64,000 nt of DNA from positions 96,001 through 160,000 of the IMG/VR virus record IMGVR_UViG_3300028800_000059. The stretch is one strand, 5' to 3'. A model generated the notes under the pieces. It did not search any database. It saw only the letters and a program-made list of their open reading frames with translations, and was not told the origin of the DNA. A program made the translations under genes and the position numbers. The first letter of the stretch is position 1. Every line of letters begins with the position of its first letter. This document shows positions 17,532-27,025 of the stretch, piece after piece. The DNA is from a virus.

Positions 17532-19820
17532 ATGAACAATTCATTCAATCAATCTCAGGACATGCTCGCCAAACTGATGGCGAGTGAAAATTTAATCGTA
17601 TCCCGTAAGGCTGGGGTCGCAACAGCGTCCTTCACGCCCAAAACTCGGACACTGGTTCTGCCAATGTGGAATCATCTGAGTGAATCGGTCGAGGATGCTT
17701 TGATCGGTCACGAAATCGGTCATGCTCTTTATACTCCGGCGACGGAAGATGATTTGGCTCATGCCAAAAGGATCGATCCGAAACAATTGAAAGCGGCTCA
17801 TTCGTTTGTGAATGTGACGGAAGATGCTCGTATCGAAAAACTGGTCAAGCGTAAGTATCCAGGGATGCGGCGCATTTTCAATGAGGGTTATGCCGAATTG
17901 GAATCGAAAAACTTCTTCGGTACTAAGGAGAAGTTTGTCGAGGACATGCGGCTAATCGACCGCATCAATCTTCACTTCAAATTAGGGGCTTCATACGGTA
18001 TTCCTTTCTTCAACAAGGAAGAAAAGAAGCTGGTCGATTTGGTCGCGGCTTCTGAAACGTTTGACCAGGCCATCGAGGCAGCCAAGGCCGTCTGGGTCTA
18101 TATGAACGAACAGAATCAGGAGGAAGAAGAAAATTCTCCTGGTGGCGAAGGTGAGGGCGGTCAGCCCGGCGATGAGGAAAAAGAAAGCGACAAATCTGGT
18201 AAGAGCCAGAAGAAATCTTCCTCGCCCGATAAGGACGGGAAAGAGAAAAAAGAAAAGGGATCGGCGCCGTCGGATGGCGAAGGCGAAAACAAAGATGAGG
18301 ATGGCGAAGGCGAAAGTGCCGGGGCCGACGGCGACGGCGAGGATGAAAGCGATGATAAATCGTCGGGCGGTCAGGACGATGGCGACGGCGAGGATGAAGG
18401 CAAAAACAATAATCCATCTGGCGATCAAAACGAAAGTGGTGGTAATAAAAAAGGCAAGGGTTCGGCGCCAGCAATGGCCGAGGCCGAGACTGACAAAGCT
18501 TCGAAGGAAGCCTTTGAAAAATTGGTCAATAACAAAGCTACTGACCCCATTTATATCAATCTGCAAAAGAAGGTCGATCTAAAGAATTATGTTCAGCCTT
18601 GGGAGAAACTTTACAAGGCGTTGGATAATTACTGGGTCAAGCTGGATGTGCGCGACCAAGAAGTTAGAAACAATCAATTCAAAAACTTCCGGGCTTCGGC
18701 ACTCAAAGTAGTGTCGCATATGGCCAAGGAATTTGAAGCCAAGAAAGCGGCTCGGTCGTATGCTCGGACTCAAATCTCAAAAACGGGTGTGATTAACACG
18801 AATAAGTTGTTTGCCGCGACCTACTCCGAAGATATTTTCAAGCGGGTAGCGGTCGTGCCGCATGGCAAGAATCATGCTCTGGTCATGTATGTGGATTGGT
18901 CGTCGTCCATGGCAGGCAATTTGCAAGAAACCTTGCAGCAATTGATGAACCTGATTTATTTCTGCCGTAAGATCAACATTCATTTCGAGGTCTATGCCTT
19001 TCAGGATGGATCAATGATCTATCAGAATGGATATAATGGCGAAAACCAGAACGAAGGAATGGCCGCTGGACAAGGATTGACCTTGCTCAATCTGTTTTCC
19101 TCGAAAATGAATAATCAACAGTTGGATCATATGGCGACCATGATGCTTTATGCTCGGGCCACGGCAAATCAGCCGGGAGAAGATCGGGTAAGTATTGGCA
19201 TGGGCGGGACGCCTTTAATCAAGGCGCTGGCTCTGATGCCGTGTGTTATCGAGGAACTTCAAAAGAGAACTCGGGCGGAAATCGTTCATGGAATTGTCCT
19301 GACGGACGGCGATGATACCCATGGAATGAATTATTGGTCCAAAGGAAGTTATGGTGGCAAGTTTAGTCAGCGGAGTAACGCCTACATTCTGCGCGATCCA
19401 GTGACCCGGCACGAAATTGATGTGGATAAGGCTGGCGGTCACTTAAAGGCTTTGATCCAGTTAATTCGGAAGCGGTGCAACGTCACCATGACTGGGTTCT
19501 TTCTCATGGATAATCCTACTGGCTGGTACATCGCCAACAAGGCCGGACTCGATAGGGGCGATCATACCGTGGTCGCAAAAATCAAACATGAAATGAAAGA
19601 GGAAGGTGTTTTCGCCGGGATCAATTCTGGATACGATGAATACTACTTCATTGATGCAACGCGGATGCGGGTTTCGGATACCAATATCATTGACACGATT
19701 ACGGTCCATGATACCAAGGCTGCCATGAAGAAAAAGTTCCAAAAGCATTTCGAAAATCTGAAAATCAATCGGCAGATCATGACGCGGTTCATTCATCGGA
19801 TCGCAAAGCATATGGAGTAA
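17532..19820 (+). CDS. CobT-like protein: N-terminal HExxH metallopeptidase domain, acidic disordered linker, C-terminal vWA domain
   Basis: HEIGH and NVTEDARIE; D/E/G/K-rich linker; VDWSSSM MIDAS, GGTP and LTDGD. Confidence 0.85.
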   Translation: MNNSFNQSQDMLAKLMASENLIVSRKAGVATASFTPKTRTLVLPMWNHLSESVEDALIGHEIGHALYTPATEDDLAHAKRIDPKQLKAAHSFVNVTEDARIEKLVKRKYPGMRRIFNEGYAELESKNFFGTKEKFVEDMRLIDRINLHFKLGASYGIPFFNKEEKKLVDLVAASETFDQAIEAAKAVWVYMNEQNQEEEENSPGGEGEGGQPGDEEKESDKSGKSQKKSSSPDKDGKEKKEKGSAPSDGEGENKDEDGEGESAGADGDGEDESDDKSSGGQDDGDGEDEGKNNNPSGDQNESGGNKKGKGSAPAMAEAETDKASKEAFEKLVNNKATDPIYINLQKKVDLKNYVQPWEKLYKALDNYWVKLDVRDQEVRNNQFKNFRASALKVVSHMAKEFEAKKAARSYARTQISKTGVINTNKLFAATYSEDIFKRVAVVPHGKNHALVMYVDWSSSMAGNLQETLQQLMNLIYFCRKINIHFEVYAFQDGSMIYQNGYNGENQNEGMAAGQGLTLLNLFSSKMNNQQLDHMATMMLYARATANQPGEDRVSIGMGGTPLIKALALMPCVIEELQKRTRAEIVHGIVLTDGDDTHGMNYWSKGSYGGKFSQRSNAYILRDPVTRHEIDVDKAGGHLKALIQLIRKRCNVTMTGFFLMDNPTGWYIANKAGLDRGDHTVVAKIKHEMKEEGVFAGINSGYDEYYFIDATRMRVSDTNIIDTITVHDTKAAMKKKFQKHFENLKINRQIMTRFIHRIAKHME

Positions 19821-19825
19821 AGGAA

Positions 19826-20068
19826 ATGTCAACTGATTACAAATCAAGTCACGGTTTCATGAATGTTAAATGGTCCTCTGTTAAAGAATATGCAGGACTA
19901 ATGAAACAATTCCAAACGATGAAATGTAAAGAAGTTGATTCAATAGAAATTAAACGTCAAGGAGAAGACAGTGTTGAAATTTCCGTCACAAAAAATAATG
20001 AAATCCAATATGTTTTGATTCAAATGGAAGATGAAAAGCTAACCTTGCGAACTGAGGCATTGCAATAA
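19826..20068 (+). CDS. Hypothetical protein
   Basis: 80-aa ORF with a strong SD. Confidence 0.6.
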   Translation: MSTDYKSSHGFMNVKWSSVKEYAGLMKQFQTMKCKEVDSIEIKRQGEDSVEISVTKNNEIQYVLIQMEDEKLTLRTEALQ

Positions 20069-20083
20069 AGGAGTAAAGGAAAA

Positions 20084-20311
20084 ATGGACGAGAATTTTGA
20101 AAAGGTAATGGACTTTATTTTCAAGCTTCGAGACAAACGCCTAAAGCAAATGAATCAGACAGACAGTAAGTCCACTGAAATGTGGGCCGCCACCAGCGTA
20201 TGCACGTTGGACGATGTTTATGGATATATGGTTGCTCTAAAGGCAAAAAACGAAGGACGCGGTGATAGTTGGACCGATCATATTCTAGAGGCGGGGATTC
20301 TTCAACAATGA
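20084..20311 (+). CDS. Hypothetical protein
   Basis: 75-aa ORF with a strong SD. Confidence 0.6.
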   Translation: MDENFEKVMDFIFKLRDKRLKQMNQTDSKSTEMWAATSVCTLDDVYGYMVALKAKNEGRGDSWTDHILEAGILQQ

Positions 20312-20338
20312 AACAGTTTCTAGTTGATTTTATTGTAT

Positions 20339-20387
20339 GGGCCTGGCCCGTCATGCCTCGGCGCTTTCGCCTGTGGGCTTTCCTAAA
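20339..20387. terminator. GC-rich hairpins between convergent transcription units
   Basis: GGCG-CTTT-CGCC hairpin and a GGGCC/GGCCC repeat at the convergence point. Confidence 0.35.
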
Positions 20388-20411
20388 TGATGATATGGAC
20401 GAATTGAAGGA

Positions 20412-22013
20412 CTAAGGTTTGTAGAACACAAACACTGGCTCATATTTTCGATACAATCCATTCACGCGACAAATATTTTTCGTTGTCGCCTTAATATCCC
20501 CATTTTCATCGGTCACTAATCTATTCCCTCCCGGCATTTGGCTCATAGCCATTTTCTCCACGCCGCGATATTCCATGCCTAGATCGGTAAGTATATTGAT
20601 AGAGTCCTGTTCGAGTGGCAGGCGCTCCCCGGAGAAAACCACATCTGCAATATTCCACAAGAGATATCTATCGTTCCGGAGCCAATGGAATGCCGTCCAG
20701 AGTGTAGGTTCCAAAAAGCCTTTTTTCCAGGCATCATATTGTCCAAATTTTTTATAGGATTGTCCTTCATCTTCTGAATAAGCCTCCTTCGAAAAATATG
20801 GTGGGCTAGTGAACACCATATCCACTTTCCCTTTCCACTTCTGGAAGTTTTTGTCCTGAGCAATTTCCTCAGACCCTAACTGATAAATTTCATAGGAATT
20901 CAGATGGGGAAAAAGTGACGAGCCCTTATTAGTTTTATCATTAAAAAAATCAGCCAATTCGTGATATTTCGTCCGGCCGCCCACAGTATCATGATCCCGA
21001 TTAGGATCAGTACCGATATAATGAATGTTCCGATCATCGATAGAAAGAGCGCCAAGAAGACGGCCACCCCAACCAGCAGAAGGGTCATATAAAACCACTG
21101 TCTCATTGTTTTTGCAATGCTCCGTATATTTTCCATAGAGATATTTAGCCGTTAGTGGAGGGAAGTTAGTCGCATACTGACAATACGACACGCGAAACGC
21201 CTTCAGACCAATTGGGAAAAGTTTTTGGCCGTGTTTGAAGACTCGGATATTGTATGTCTTATGTTTGCTGCCCGCCACATTAGTCAGAGCCTTGGCTGGA
21301 ATAATATTCTGTAAAACAAACAAATCAGCCTCATTCAAAAAGAAATTTTTTCGATCTTTGAGTTCCTGATTATATCCTGTGTATGTTGCTGCCTCTTCCT
21401 TGGGCGCAATCCAATAGTCCCATTCTCCATGGGCACGATATTTTTTCTCGAATGTTTGAATCCAATCCTGGGCGTCCCTGGTGCAAGGAAGAAATTCGAC
21501 ACTTTCTTTATCCATAACCTTAGCAGGATTTGAATAGGCATAAAAAGAATCTCGCTTAAAATGCCGCGATGCATAGGTTACGAAGGTGTCTAGGAGGATT
21601 GGGTCGGCAAAGTAATCATAGATAGATCGCCCGGCATCAGGGTCTTTCGTGTAGTTAATACGAGTTTTCATCATGGTTGGAAAGAAACCATTGATTACGC
21701 CCGACATTTCAGACTGTGTGTTGTGAATGATATCGTTGTTGCCAGTCAGTTCATCCTTGACCACGAATTCATTGACTGGATAACCAATCATATGGTTCAT
21801 AAGATCGATCATGGTTTCTTCGGACTTGCCTACAACAGGTGGCGTGCCCAACTTGTCCCAGGCATACACGACCACTTCCCGCAGTTCGACACACCACTGG
21901 CGAAATTCGTCTTTGGACATCCATAGGACCTGTTCAAAGGTCTTGTTGACCTCGTGATTTAACAGATAGGTATTTTTCTCATAGAAAAATTTATTCGCCA
22001 TCAAGGGTTCCAT
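20412..22013 (-). CDS. SAM-dependent amino-(N4-C/N6-A type) methyltransferase with long N-terminal domain
   Basis: YDPSAGWGGRLLG SAM-binding motif and FTSPPYF catalytic motif. Confidence 0.8.
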   Translation of the reverse strand: MEPLMANKFFYEKNTYLLNHEVNKTFEQVLWMSKDEFRQWCVELREVVVYAWDKLGTPPVVGKSEETMIDLMNHMIGYPVNEFVVKDELTGNNDIIHNTQSEMSGVINGFFPTMMKTRINYTKDPDAGRSIYDYFADPILLDTFVTYASRHFKRDSFYAYSNPAKVMDKESVEFLPCTRDAQDWIQTFEKKYRAHGEWDYWIAPKEEAATYTGYNQELKDRKNFFLNEADLFVLQNIIPAKALTNVAGSKHKTYNIRVFKHGQKLFPIGLKAFRVSYCQYATNFPPLTAKYLYGKYTEHCKNNETVVLYDPSAGWGGRLLGALSIDDRNIHYIGTDPNRDHDTVGGRTKYHELADFFNDKTNKGSSLFPHLNSYEIYQLGSEEIAQDKNFQKWKGKVDMVFTSPPYFSKEAYSEDEGQSYKKFGQYDAWKKGFLEPTLWTAFHWLRNDRYLLWNIADVVFSGERLPLEQDSINILTDLGMEYRGVEKMAMSQMPGGNRLVTDENGDIKATTKNICRVNGLYRKYEPVFVFYKP

Positions 22014-22395
22014 ATTCTCTTTCTAATCGTTCTAATGAATCTTGAAGTTTAGCATAGGCCTTTGGTGCTGTCAAATCCATTTTGGAAAGACCTGTACCAA
22101 CACCATCAGTAGGAATAATAACGGTCTGTCCAAGTTTTAAATGTAATTCAATTTGTTTAATGGGAAATATTATTTGATCCCAAAATTTATCAATTTGTGA
22201 ATCCATAAAAAATGATTCGACAGTTCTTTCAGGTTTCCATTTGGTTGGAATTCCTATGGCATTTGGCTCGCCGCGCATTTCTTTTGCCTGACCACCCAGA
22301 CCTCGACGCTGCATATTATCTCCAAACACATAAATTGTTTTGGGATTATCCTGTAGATTTTTTCTTGTAATCCATTTTTGATGTTTGATTGGCAT
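21991..22395 (-). CDS. Uncharacterised phage protein (IYVFGDN...GGQA...AIGIPTK type)
   Basis: 134-aa ORF overlapping the methyltransferase start. Confidence 0.65.
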   Translation of the reverse strand: MPIKHQKWITRKNLQDNPKTIYVFGDNMQRRGLGGQAKEMRGEPNAIGIPTKWKPERTVESFFMDSQIDKFWDQIIFPIKQIELHLKLGQTVIIPTDGVGTGLSKMDLTAPKAYAKLQDSLERLEREYGTLDGE

Positions 22396-23169
22396 TTAAG
22401 CACCTACATTCCAAAATAACGCACCACTTGATGCATACGCCTTTACAAAACTCCAAGCCTTGGCATCATACGTAGGTGCCGAAGGAAACGGAGGAATATC
22501 ATCGCCTTTCACAGGGCGATCAAATTTATATGGCGACACCCAAAGCTTGGCTCGTCCAATCTGTTCCGGTTTCATCTTATGCCCAACCTGCACCACGTTG
22601 AAATTTGCGTTAGGCCAGGCCAATTGCAGACCACGAGAAAGAGTTCCACTTGATCCTACTGTCCAAACCTCTTTGGGTTTGATATCGATTGCCTGCGCGA
22701 CCTTCACAATGGCTTGTAGAATAACAGGGTGTTCCAACCCAAGCGGAAGTACCATTCGTCTAGTAGGCTCCACGATGGCATATTCTCTGGCGCGGGCCTG
22801 AGTCACATTCAACATACCATCAGGAACCCAATGATATTCAGCACCCAAAGCAATTCCTTTTTTCTGATAATCCGTATAATTTTCTGGGTCTCGTTTCGCC
22901 ATGAAAAGAATAGTTCGTTTTCCATATTTCGAACAGGCTGCCGGCAAAGATATTTGGGCATATCCTGTTGCTGGACACGACCCAAAGACCCATTTATCAA
23001 TTTTTGGATAGGCATTAATCAGCGCATCAAGGAAACGAATCTTTGATCCGTATCCAAGTTTATCGTCACGCACTACGTTGATATAACGATCATGATCAAT
23101 CGCAGTGGGTTCCACGTAAGGTTTAGGATATGGATCGTTCCACTTACTTATGTCGAATTGCATCTTCAA
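22396..23169 (-). CDS. PLP-dependent fold-type-II enzyme (cysteine synthase/ACC deaminase-like)
   Basis: VVRDD...GSKIR (PLP lysine), Gly-rich phosphate loop VGSSGTLSRGL and YDAK. Confidence 0.7.
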   Translation of the reverse strand: MKMQFDISKWNDPYPKPYVEPTAIDHDRYINVVRDDKLGYGSKIRFLDALINAYPKIDKWVFGSCPATGYAQISLPAACSKYGKRTILFMAKRDPENYTDYQKKGIALGAEYHWVPDGMLNVTQARAREYAIVEPTRRMVLPLGLEHPVILQAIVKVAQAIDIKPKEVWTVGSSGTLSRGLQLAWPNANFNVVQVGHKMKPEQIGRAKLWVSPYKFDRPVKGDDIPPFPSAPTYDAKAWSFVKAYASSGALFWNVGA

Positions 23170-23302
23170 TATCCTCTAGGCGTCGGTGAATTTTTTCAGT
23201 TTCCATAAGTAATCTGACCAACATATGGGGAGTTCCCATCAAATCCTGTTCGGCCAGTTTATTAAACTGTCTCAGAGTAAGTTTTAATTCTTCACTCGGC
23301 AT
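23144..23302 (-). CDS. Small hypothetical protein (52 aa, below the ORF-track cutoff)
   Basis: Translated by hand: MPSEELKLTLRQFNKLAEQDLMGTPHMLVRLLMETEKIHRRLEDIEDAIRHK; fills the gap between two genes. Confidence 0.5.
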   Translation of the reverse strand: MPSEELKLTLRQFNKLAEQDLMGTPHMLVRLLMETEKIHRRLEDIEDAIRHK

Positions 23303-24521
23303 TTTCCATCCTTTGTATTAATTCAGGAGTCAACACAATGTCCACGACCAAATGAATACGATCCTCGGTTCCATTATTGATAGCGCGATGTGGCTTGCGA
23401 ATATCCAGATACCAACATTCGCCTTCTTTCATATTGACAGTGGTTGCCTTGCCATCAAAATCCCAGGACGTAAATTCAACACCAGGATTCGTCACAAGAG
23501 GGAAATGAAAACGCGCAAGTTTTCCAGGTGTCGCACCAAGATCAGGATCAACTTGATCGGTATGTCTTTCAAGTTCTCCGCCACCAGGCTTTAGTTTCAT
23601 TAAGCGAATGCGATGCACGTTGGTATAATCATCCTGTCCCAAAGATTTGAGAATAGGTTTTACGTGTTCCTCAAAGAAAGGCATGATGTAAGTATTTTGG
23701 ATGAAGAATTTTTCGTTCTTATGTTTCTCTTGCCACTTGGCATTCATTTCAATTGGTTTTTCAATGAAATTATAATCATTCTTATATCCACGAAGTGCCA
23801 GGGCACTCCAGGACCGTTCCTTGTTGTAATTGGAATAATGATCGGTGTAACTAATATCGAATCTGCGGCCATCAGGAAGTTGATTGGTAATATGTAATCC
23901 AAAATCTTTAATTGCCTTCCAATTGGCGGCACGAAACAAAACTCGTTTGACTCCAGTTTTTTCTAGTGGACTCAAAACAGGATGTTTACGGGGTTCCCAG
24001 GTTCCAGGCAAAGCGTAGATAGACGCCGGCATAGAATCTTCGCGGAAATAAATTCCCATGATCGATCCATAGGTGTCTATTTTCCCGCCAATATATTTGT
24101 AACCAATGGACAACAACATTTCATGTTTGGCTTGATCTTCACGCCAAGAATAAACCCAGGACGTTCCATAGGTAATCATAAACCAATTTTTGAACATTGC
24201 ATTTGAACAGGCGATGTGAGAATACACATTGTCGCCAGGCTCTTTATGGCCGATCACAACATCATCATAGGCAACGATATTGCCTTTAACCTTGACTCTT
24301 TTGACGCGCCAGATGGGTGTGTCTATACAACCTGTTTCATTAGAAAGTTTCAAATCCCCTTTTGATAAATCTTCGGCTATGCGATTTTTCTTATATTCAG
24401 CAAAGGGATTGCCACAGGCATACTTGTTATATTCGGCATAATGAGCCTCGATGGATTTTAGATAATCCAGGTCATATCCATGTTGCCATGGTTTAGTTTG
24501 TGCTGATAATGGTCCTGTCAT
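23292..24521 (-). CDS. Fusion: N-terminal GNAT-like domain plus C-terminal 2OG-Fe(II) dioxygenase (Asp/Asn beta-hydroxylase-like)
   Basis: C-terminus RIRLMKLKPGG...RHTD...RFHFPLVTNP...GECWYLDIRKPHRAIN...RIHLVVD gives the HxD...H triad; the GNAT call for the N-terminus is weaker. Confidence 0.75.
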   Translation of the reverse strand: MTGPLSAQTKPWQHGYDLDYLKSIEAHYAEYNKYACGNPFAEYKKNRIAEDLSKGDLKLSNETGCIDTPIWRVKRVKVKGNIVAYDDVVIGHKEPGDNVYSHIACSNAMFKNWFMITYGTSWVYSWREDQAKHEMLLSIGYKYIGGKIDTYGSIMGIYFREDSMPASIYALPGTWEPRKHPVLSPLEKTGVKRVLFRAANWKAIKDFGLHITNQLPDGRRFDISYTDHYSNYNKERSWSALALRGYKNDYNFIEKPIEMNAKWQEKHKNEKFFIQNTYIMPFFEEHVKPILKSLGQDDYTNVHRIRLMKLKPGGGELERHTDQVDPDLGATPGKLARFHFPLVTNPGVEFTSWDFDGKATTVNMKEGECWYLDIRKPHRAINNGTEDRIHLVVDIVLTPELIQRMENAE

Positions 24522-25144
24522 GTCGTCTTTATTGTAAGAGTTGATTTCTTATCGGCGGCTTCTAGTTTTTTCATAGCCTTCACTTTTCGCATGATTTTCT
24601 TCATGGTCTTGCGACGTTTTTCTTGTTTGATTTTCAGACTCAATGCCGGCACTCTTTCGGTAAACAAAATGCCATTGCAATGATCAACCTCATGTTGAAT
24701 CAAACGAGCCGTCAGGCCCGAGAAACGTCCTTTCAGCCATACGCCTTTTTCATTCTGCCAAATAGCATCTATCTCTTTGGCGCGTTGCACGTTTAAAAAC
24801 AACATAGGATAACTCAAACATCCCTCACTGTCAAGGAGTTTTTCTTCGCTGGAAACAACAATTTCTGGATTGAAAAATGCCTGGTGCTGTTCATCGGTGC
24901 CGACAACAAAAACTTTGACAGGAACTCCTACCTGGATTGCCGAAAGACCCAATCCCTTATAGTGTCGCATAGTCTGATAGAGCCGATGCACCAATTCTCC
25001 TGGATGCATCTGAGGATTATTGAAATTGAAGTCCTCTGGTACAGTTCTCAAAATTGGATTGTTTTCATCGACTAAATTGAAAAGCGTCAGCGTCTTGGTT
25101 TGATCCTGTGATCCGGTATCTATGCGGAGAAATTCTTCACTCAT
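24518..25144 (-). CDS. def: Peptide deformylase
   Basis: GLGLSAIQVG, EGCLS and QHEVDH motifs; AAAGGA SD before MSEEF at 25144. Confidence 0.95.
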   Translation of the reverse strand: MSEEFLRIDTGSQDQTKTLTLFNLVDENNPILRTVPEDFNFNNPQMHPGELVHRLYQTMRHYKGLGLSAIQVGVPVKVFVVGTDEQHQAFFNPEIVVSSEEKLLDSEGCLSYPMLFLNVQRAKEIDAIWQNEKGVWLKGRFSGLTARLIQHEVDHCNGILFTERVPALSLKIKQEKRRKTMKKIMRKVKAMKKLEAADKKSTLTIKTT

Positions 25145-25148
25145 TTTT

Positions 25149-25298
25149 TTAAGTTCCTTTAACCCATTCAGAATATGTCGTGGCATTACCTGCTAAAATT
25201 TCCTTATCAAATTCTTCTTGTAAAATTTCGTAGAGCGTTTTTTCCAAATCTAACACTGATTCTGAAATCTCACCCAACCAAAAATAATATGGCCACAT
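25149..25298 (-). CDS. Small hypothetical protein (49 aa)
   Basis: Translated by hand: MWPYYFWLGEISESVLDLEKTLYEILQEEFDKEILAGNATTYSEWVKGT; fills the gp46-def gap. Confidence 0.45.
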   Translation of the reverse strand: MWPYYFWLGEISESVLDLEKTLYEILQEEFDKEILAGNATTYSEWVKGT

Positions 25299-25300
25299 TT

Positions 25301-27025
25301 TTACACCTTTGTCATTTGAGAAAATTCATTTTTCGTTTCGAATTTAATAGCCGATCTAAATTTATCAAACAGAATATCCGTATGATGACTGATGATGAAA
25401 ATATTCACTTCTTCACCAAATTTTTGAATGATTTTCAAAAGCGCATCCGTGCCTTCCGGGTCCAGAGATGAATCAAAAACTTCATCCATAATCAATAGAT
25501 TCGTTGACACTGAATTTTTCAATTTGGCAATTGCTCGCCATGTGAACAAAAGAGCCAGATCAATGCGTTGTTTCTGTCCTTCTGAAAAACTTTCGTAAGT
25601 AAAATCGTCGCGGTGGCGACTCTTGATTTTTTCATTGAAATTTTCATCCAGCGTGAAATTAGCATAGAAATCCATGTCATCCAGATATTTGTTGACCAAC
25701 TTATTGATCACTGGAATATATTGCTTGATGATTTTTGTCTTCGGCCCATCATCCGACAAAAGATCAACCATGGCCTCATGATAGGAACGCTCATATATCA
25801 TTTCAGTTCTATCAGCATCCAAGGCAGTTAAATCCTTGATGGCATCATCTAATTGAGTTTGATAATCCTGGCCAGTGACAGGAGAGGCCCCTTTTAGGAC
25901 ACTGTTTTCATCTTGGAGTTTTTTGATATATTTTTCAATGGAATTGATTTGTTCATCAATCTTAGCCACTGATTTTTCATATTGAAGAATTTCACTCAAA
26001 ACCTTGGCAATTTCAGATCGGCGTTGTGTAAATTTGCCTAGATCGCTTTTAAGTTTGTCTCGACCTACTTCATATTTGTTCAACTTAATTTTTAAATCTT
26101 GGGTTGATTCCATTTTCTTGATGGGTGGAATTTCCTGTAAACAAGTCGGGCAGTTATCATTGTCTCGATAAAATTTCAATTGTTCTTTGTAAGTTTCAAT
26201 GTTGTGGTCAAATTTTCCACGATACCCTAACATGGCCTCAATTTTGTCGCTGTTTTCTTTTTGATCCAATATCGAATCTTTTAGAATTTTTATGTTATCA
26301 AGTTTGATTTGGCGATTATCAGCCAGGGCAGCGGCTTCGATATCGTGCTTATCAATTTCTTCCTGGTTCTTATCGATCTTGGATTGATTGGAGATTTTCA
26401 TATCCGCCAAATGCTGTTTCAGTAGACGAATTTTTTCATCCAAGAAACTCTTGGCCTTGCTATTATTTTCCAGAAGTTCTTTCAGAGCAATCAACTTCTG
26501 TTTGACCAACAAATTCATTGGCGCAAAAATTTGAATGTCCAAAATATCTTCAATGATGCCACGGCGTGCGCCAGTCGTCAATCTCATAAATGCCGAGGCG
26601 CCTTTGGCCGAACCAAGAATGACAATTTGATCGAAAGTCTTCTTCGACATTTTCAAGATAGACTTTTCCAGGTAATCTTGATAATCGCCTATCTTTGCAT
26701 CTTGTTTGACAAGCACCCCGTTTTTCCAAATCTCAAAAACAGCAGGCTTCAATCCTCGAATGATTTTGTATTTGTTAGTGCCAATGGAAAATTCCAACTC
26801 AACCACTAGTTCTTTTTGGTTGATCGAATTGATTAGCTGTGGCAGATTGATATTACGGAAAGGCTTCTTCCATAGAGCAAAATCAATGGCGTCTAAAATT
26901 TGTGATTTGCCATGCCCATTCTTTCCAACAATCAGAGTCGTGGAACTCTTATCCAAAACAATTTCAGTAAATGAATTGCCTGTGTTTAGGAGATTTTTCC
27001 ACCGTACCACATGAAATTTTATCAT
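25301..27025 (-). CDS. gp46: Recombination endonuclease subunit, Rad50/SbcC-like ATPase
   Basis: GKNGHGKS, CPTC zinc hook, FSEGQKQR signature and Walker B IMDEVFD. Confidence 0.96.
   Translation of the reverse strand: MIKFHVVRWKNLLNTGNSFTEIVLDKSSTTLIVGKNGHGKSQILDAIDFALWKKPFRNINLPQLINSINQKELVVELEFSIGTNKYKIIRGLKPAVFEIWKNGVLVKQDAKIGDYQDYLEKSILKMSKKTFDQIVILGSAKGASAFMRLTTGARRGIIEDILDIQIFAPMNLLVKQKLIALKELLENNSKAKSFLDEKIRLLKQHLADMKISNQSKIDKNQEEIDKHDIEAAALADNRQIKLDNIKILKDSILDQKENSDKIEAMLGYRGKFDHNIETYKEQLKFYRDNDNCPTCLQEIPPIKKMESTQDLKIKLNKYEVGRDKLKSDLGKFTQRRSEIAKVLSEILQYEKSVAKIDEQINSIEKYIKKLQDENSVLKGASPVTGQDYQTQLDDAIKDLTALDADRTEMIYERSYHEAMVDLLSDDGPKTKIIKQYIPVINKLVNKYLDDMDFYANFTLDENFNEKIKSRHRDDFTYESFSEGQKQRIDLALLFTWRAIAKLKNSVSTNLLIMDEVFDSSLDPEGTDALLKIIQKFGEEVNIFIISHHTDILFDKFRSAIKFETKNEFSQMTKV

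Noticed and set aside
17991-18582. Overlapping long ORFs (191, 154 and 146 aa) over the vWA gene linker
   Set aside because: Shadows of a GC-rich low-complexity linker (GAY/GGC/GAR codons) that lacks stops in alternative frames
15182-19820. Cobalamin biosynthesis (true cobS/cobT)
   Set aside because: The family resemblance is to generic MoxR AAA+/vWA pairs; the partner has a peptidase domain and no cobN or other cob genes are present
17112-20311. Site-specific invertible segment explaining the plus-strand block
   Set aside because: No matching inverted repeats at the two ends and no recombinase in the window
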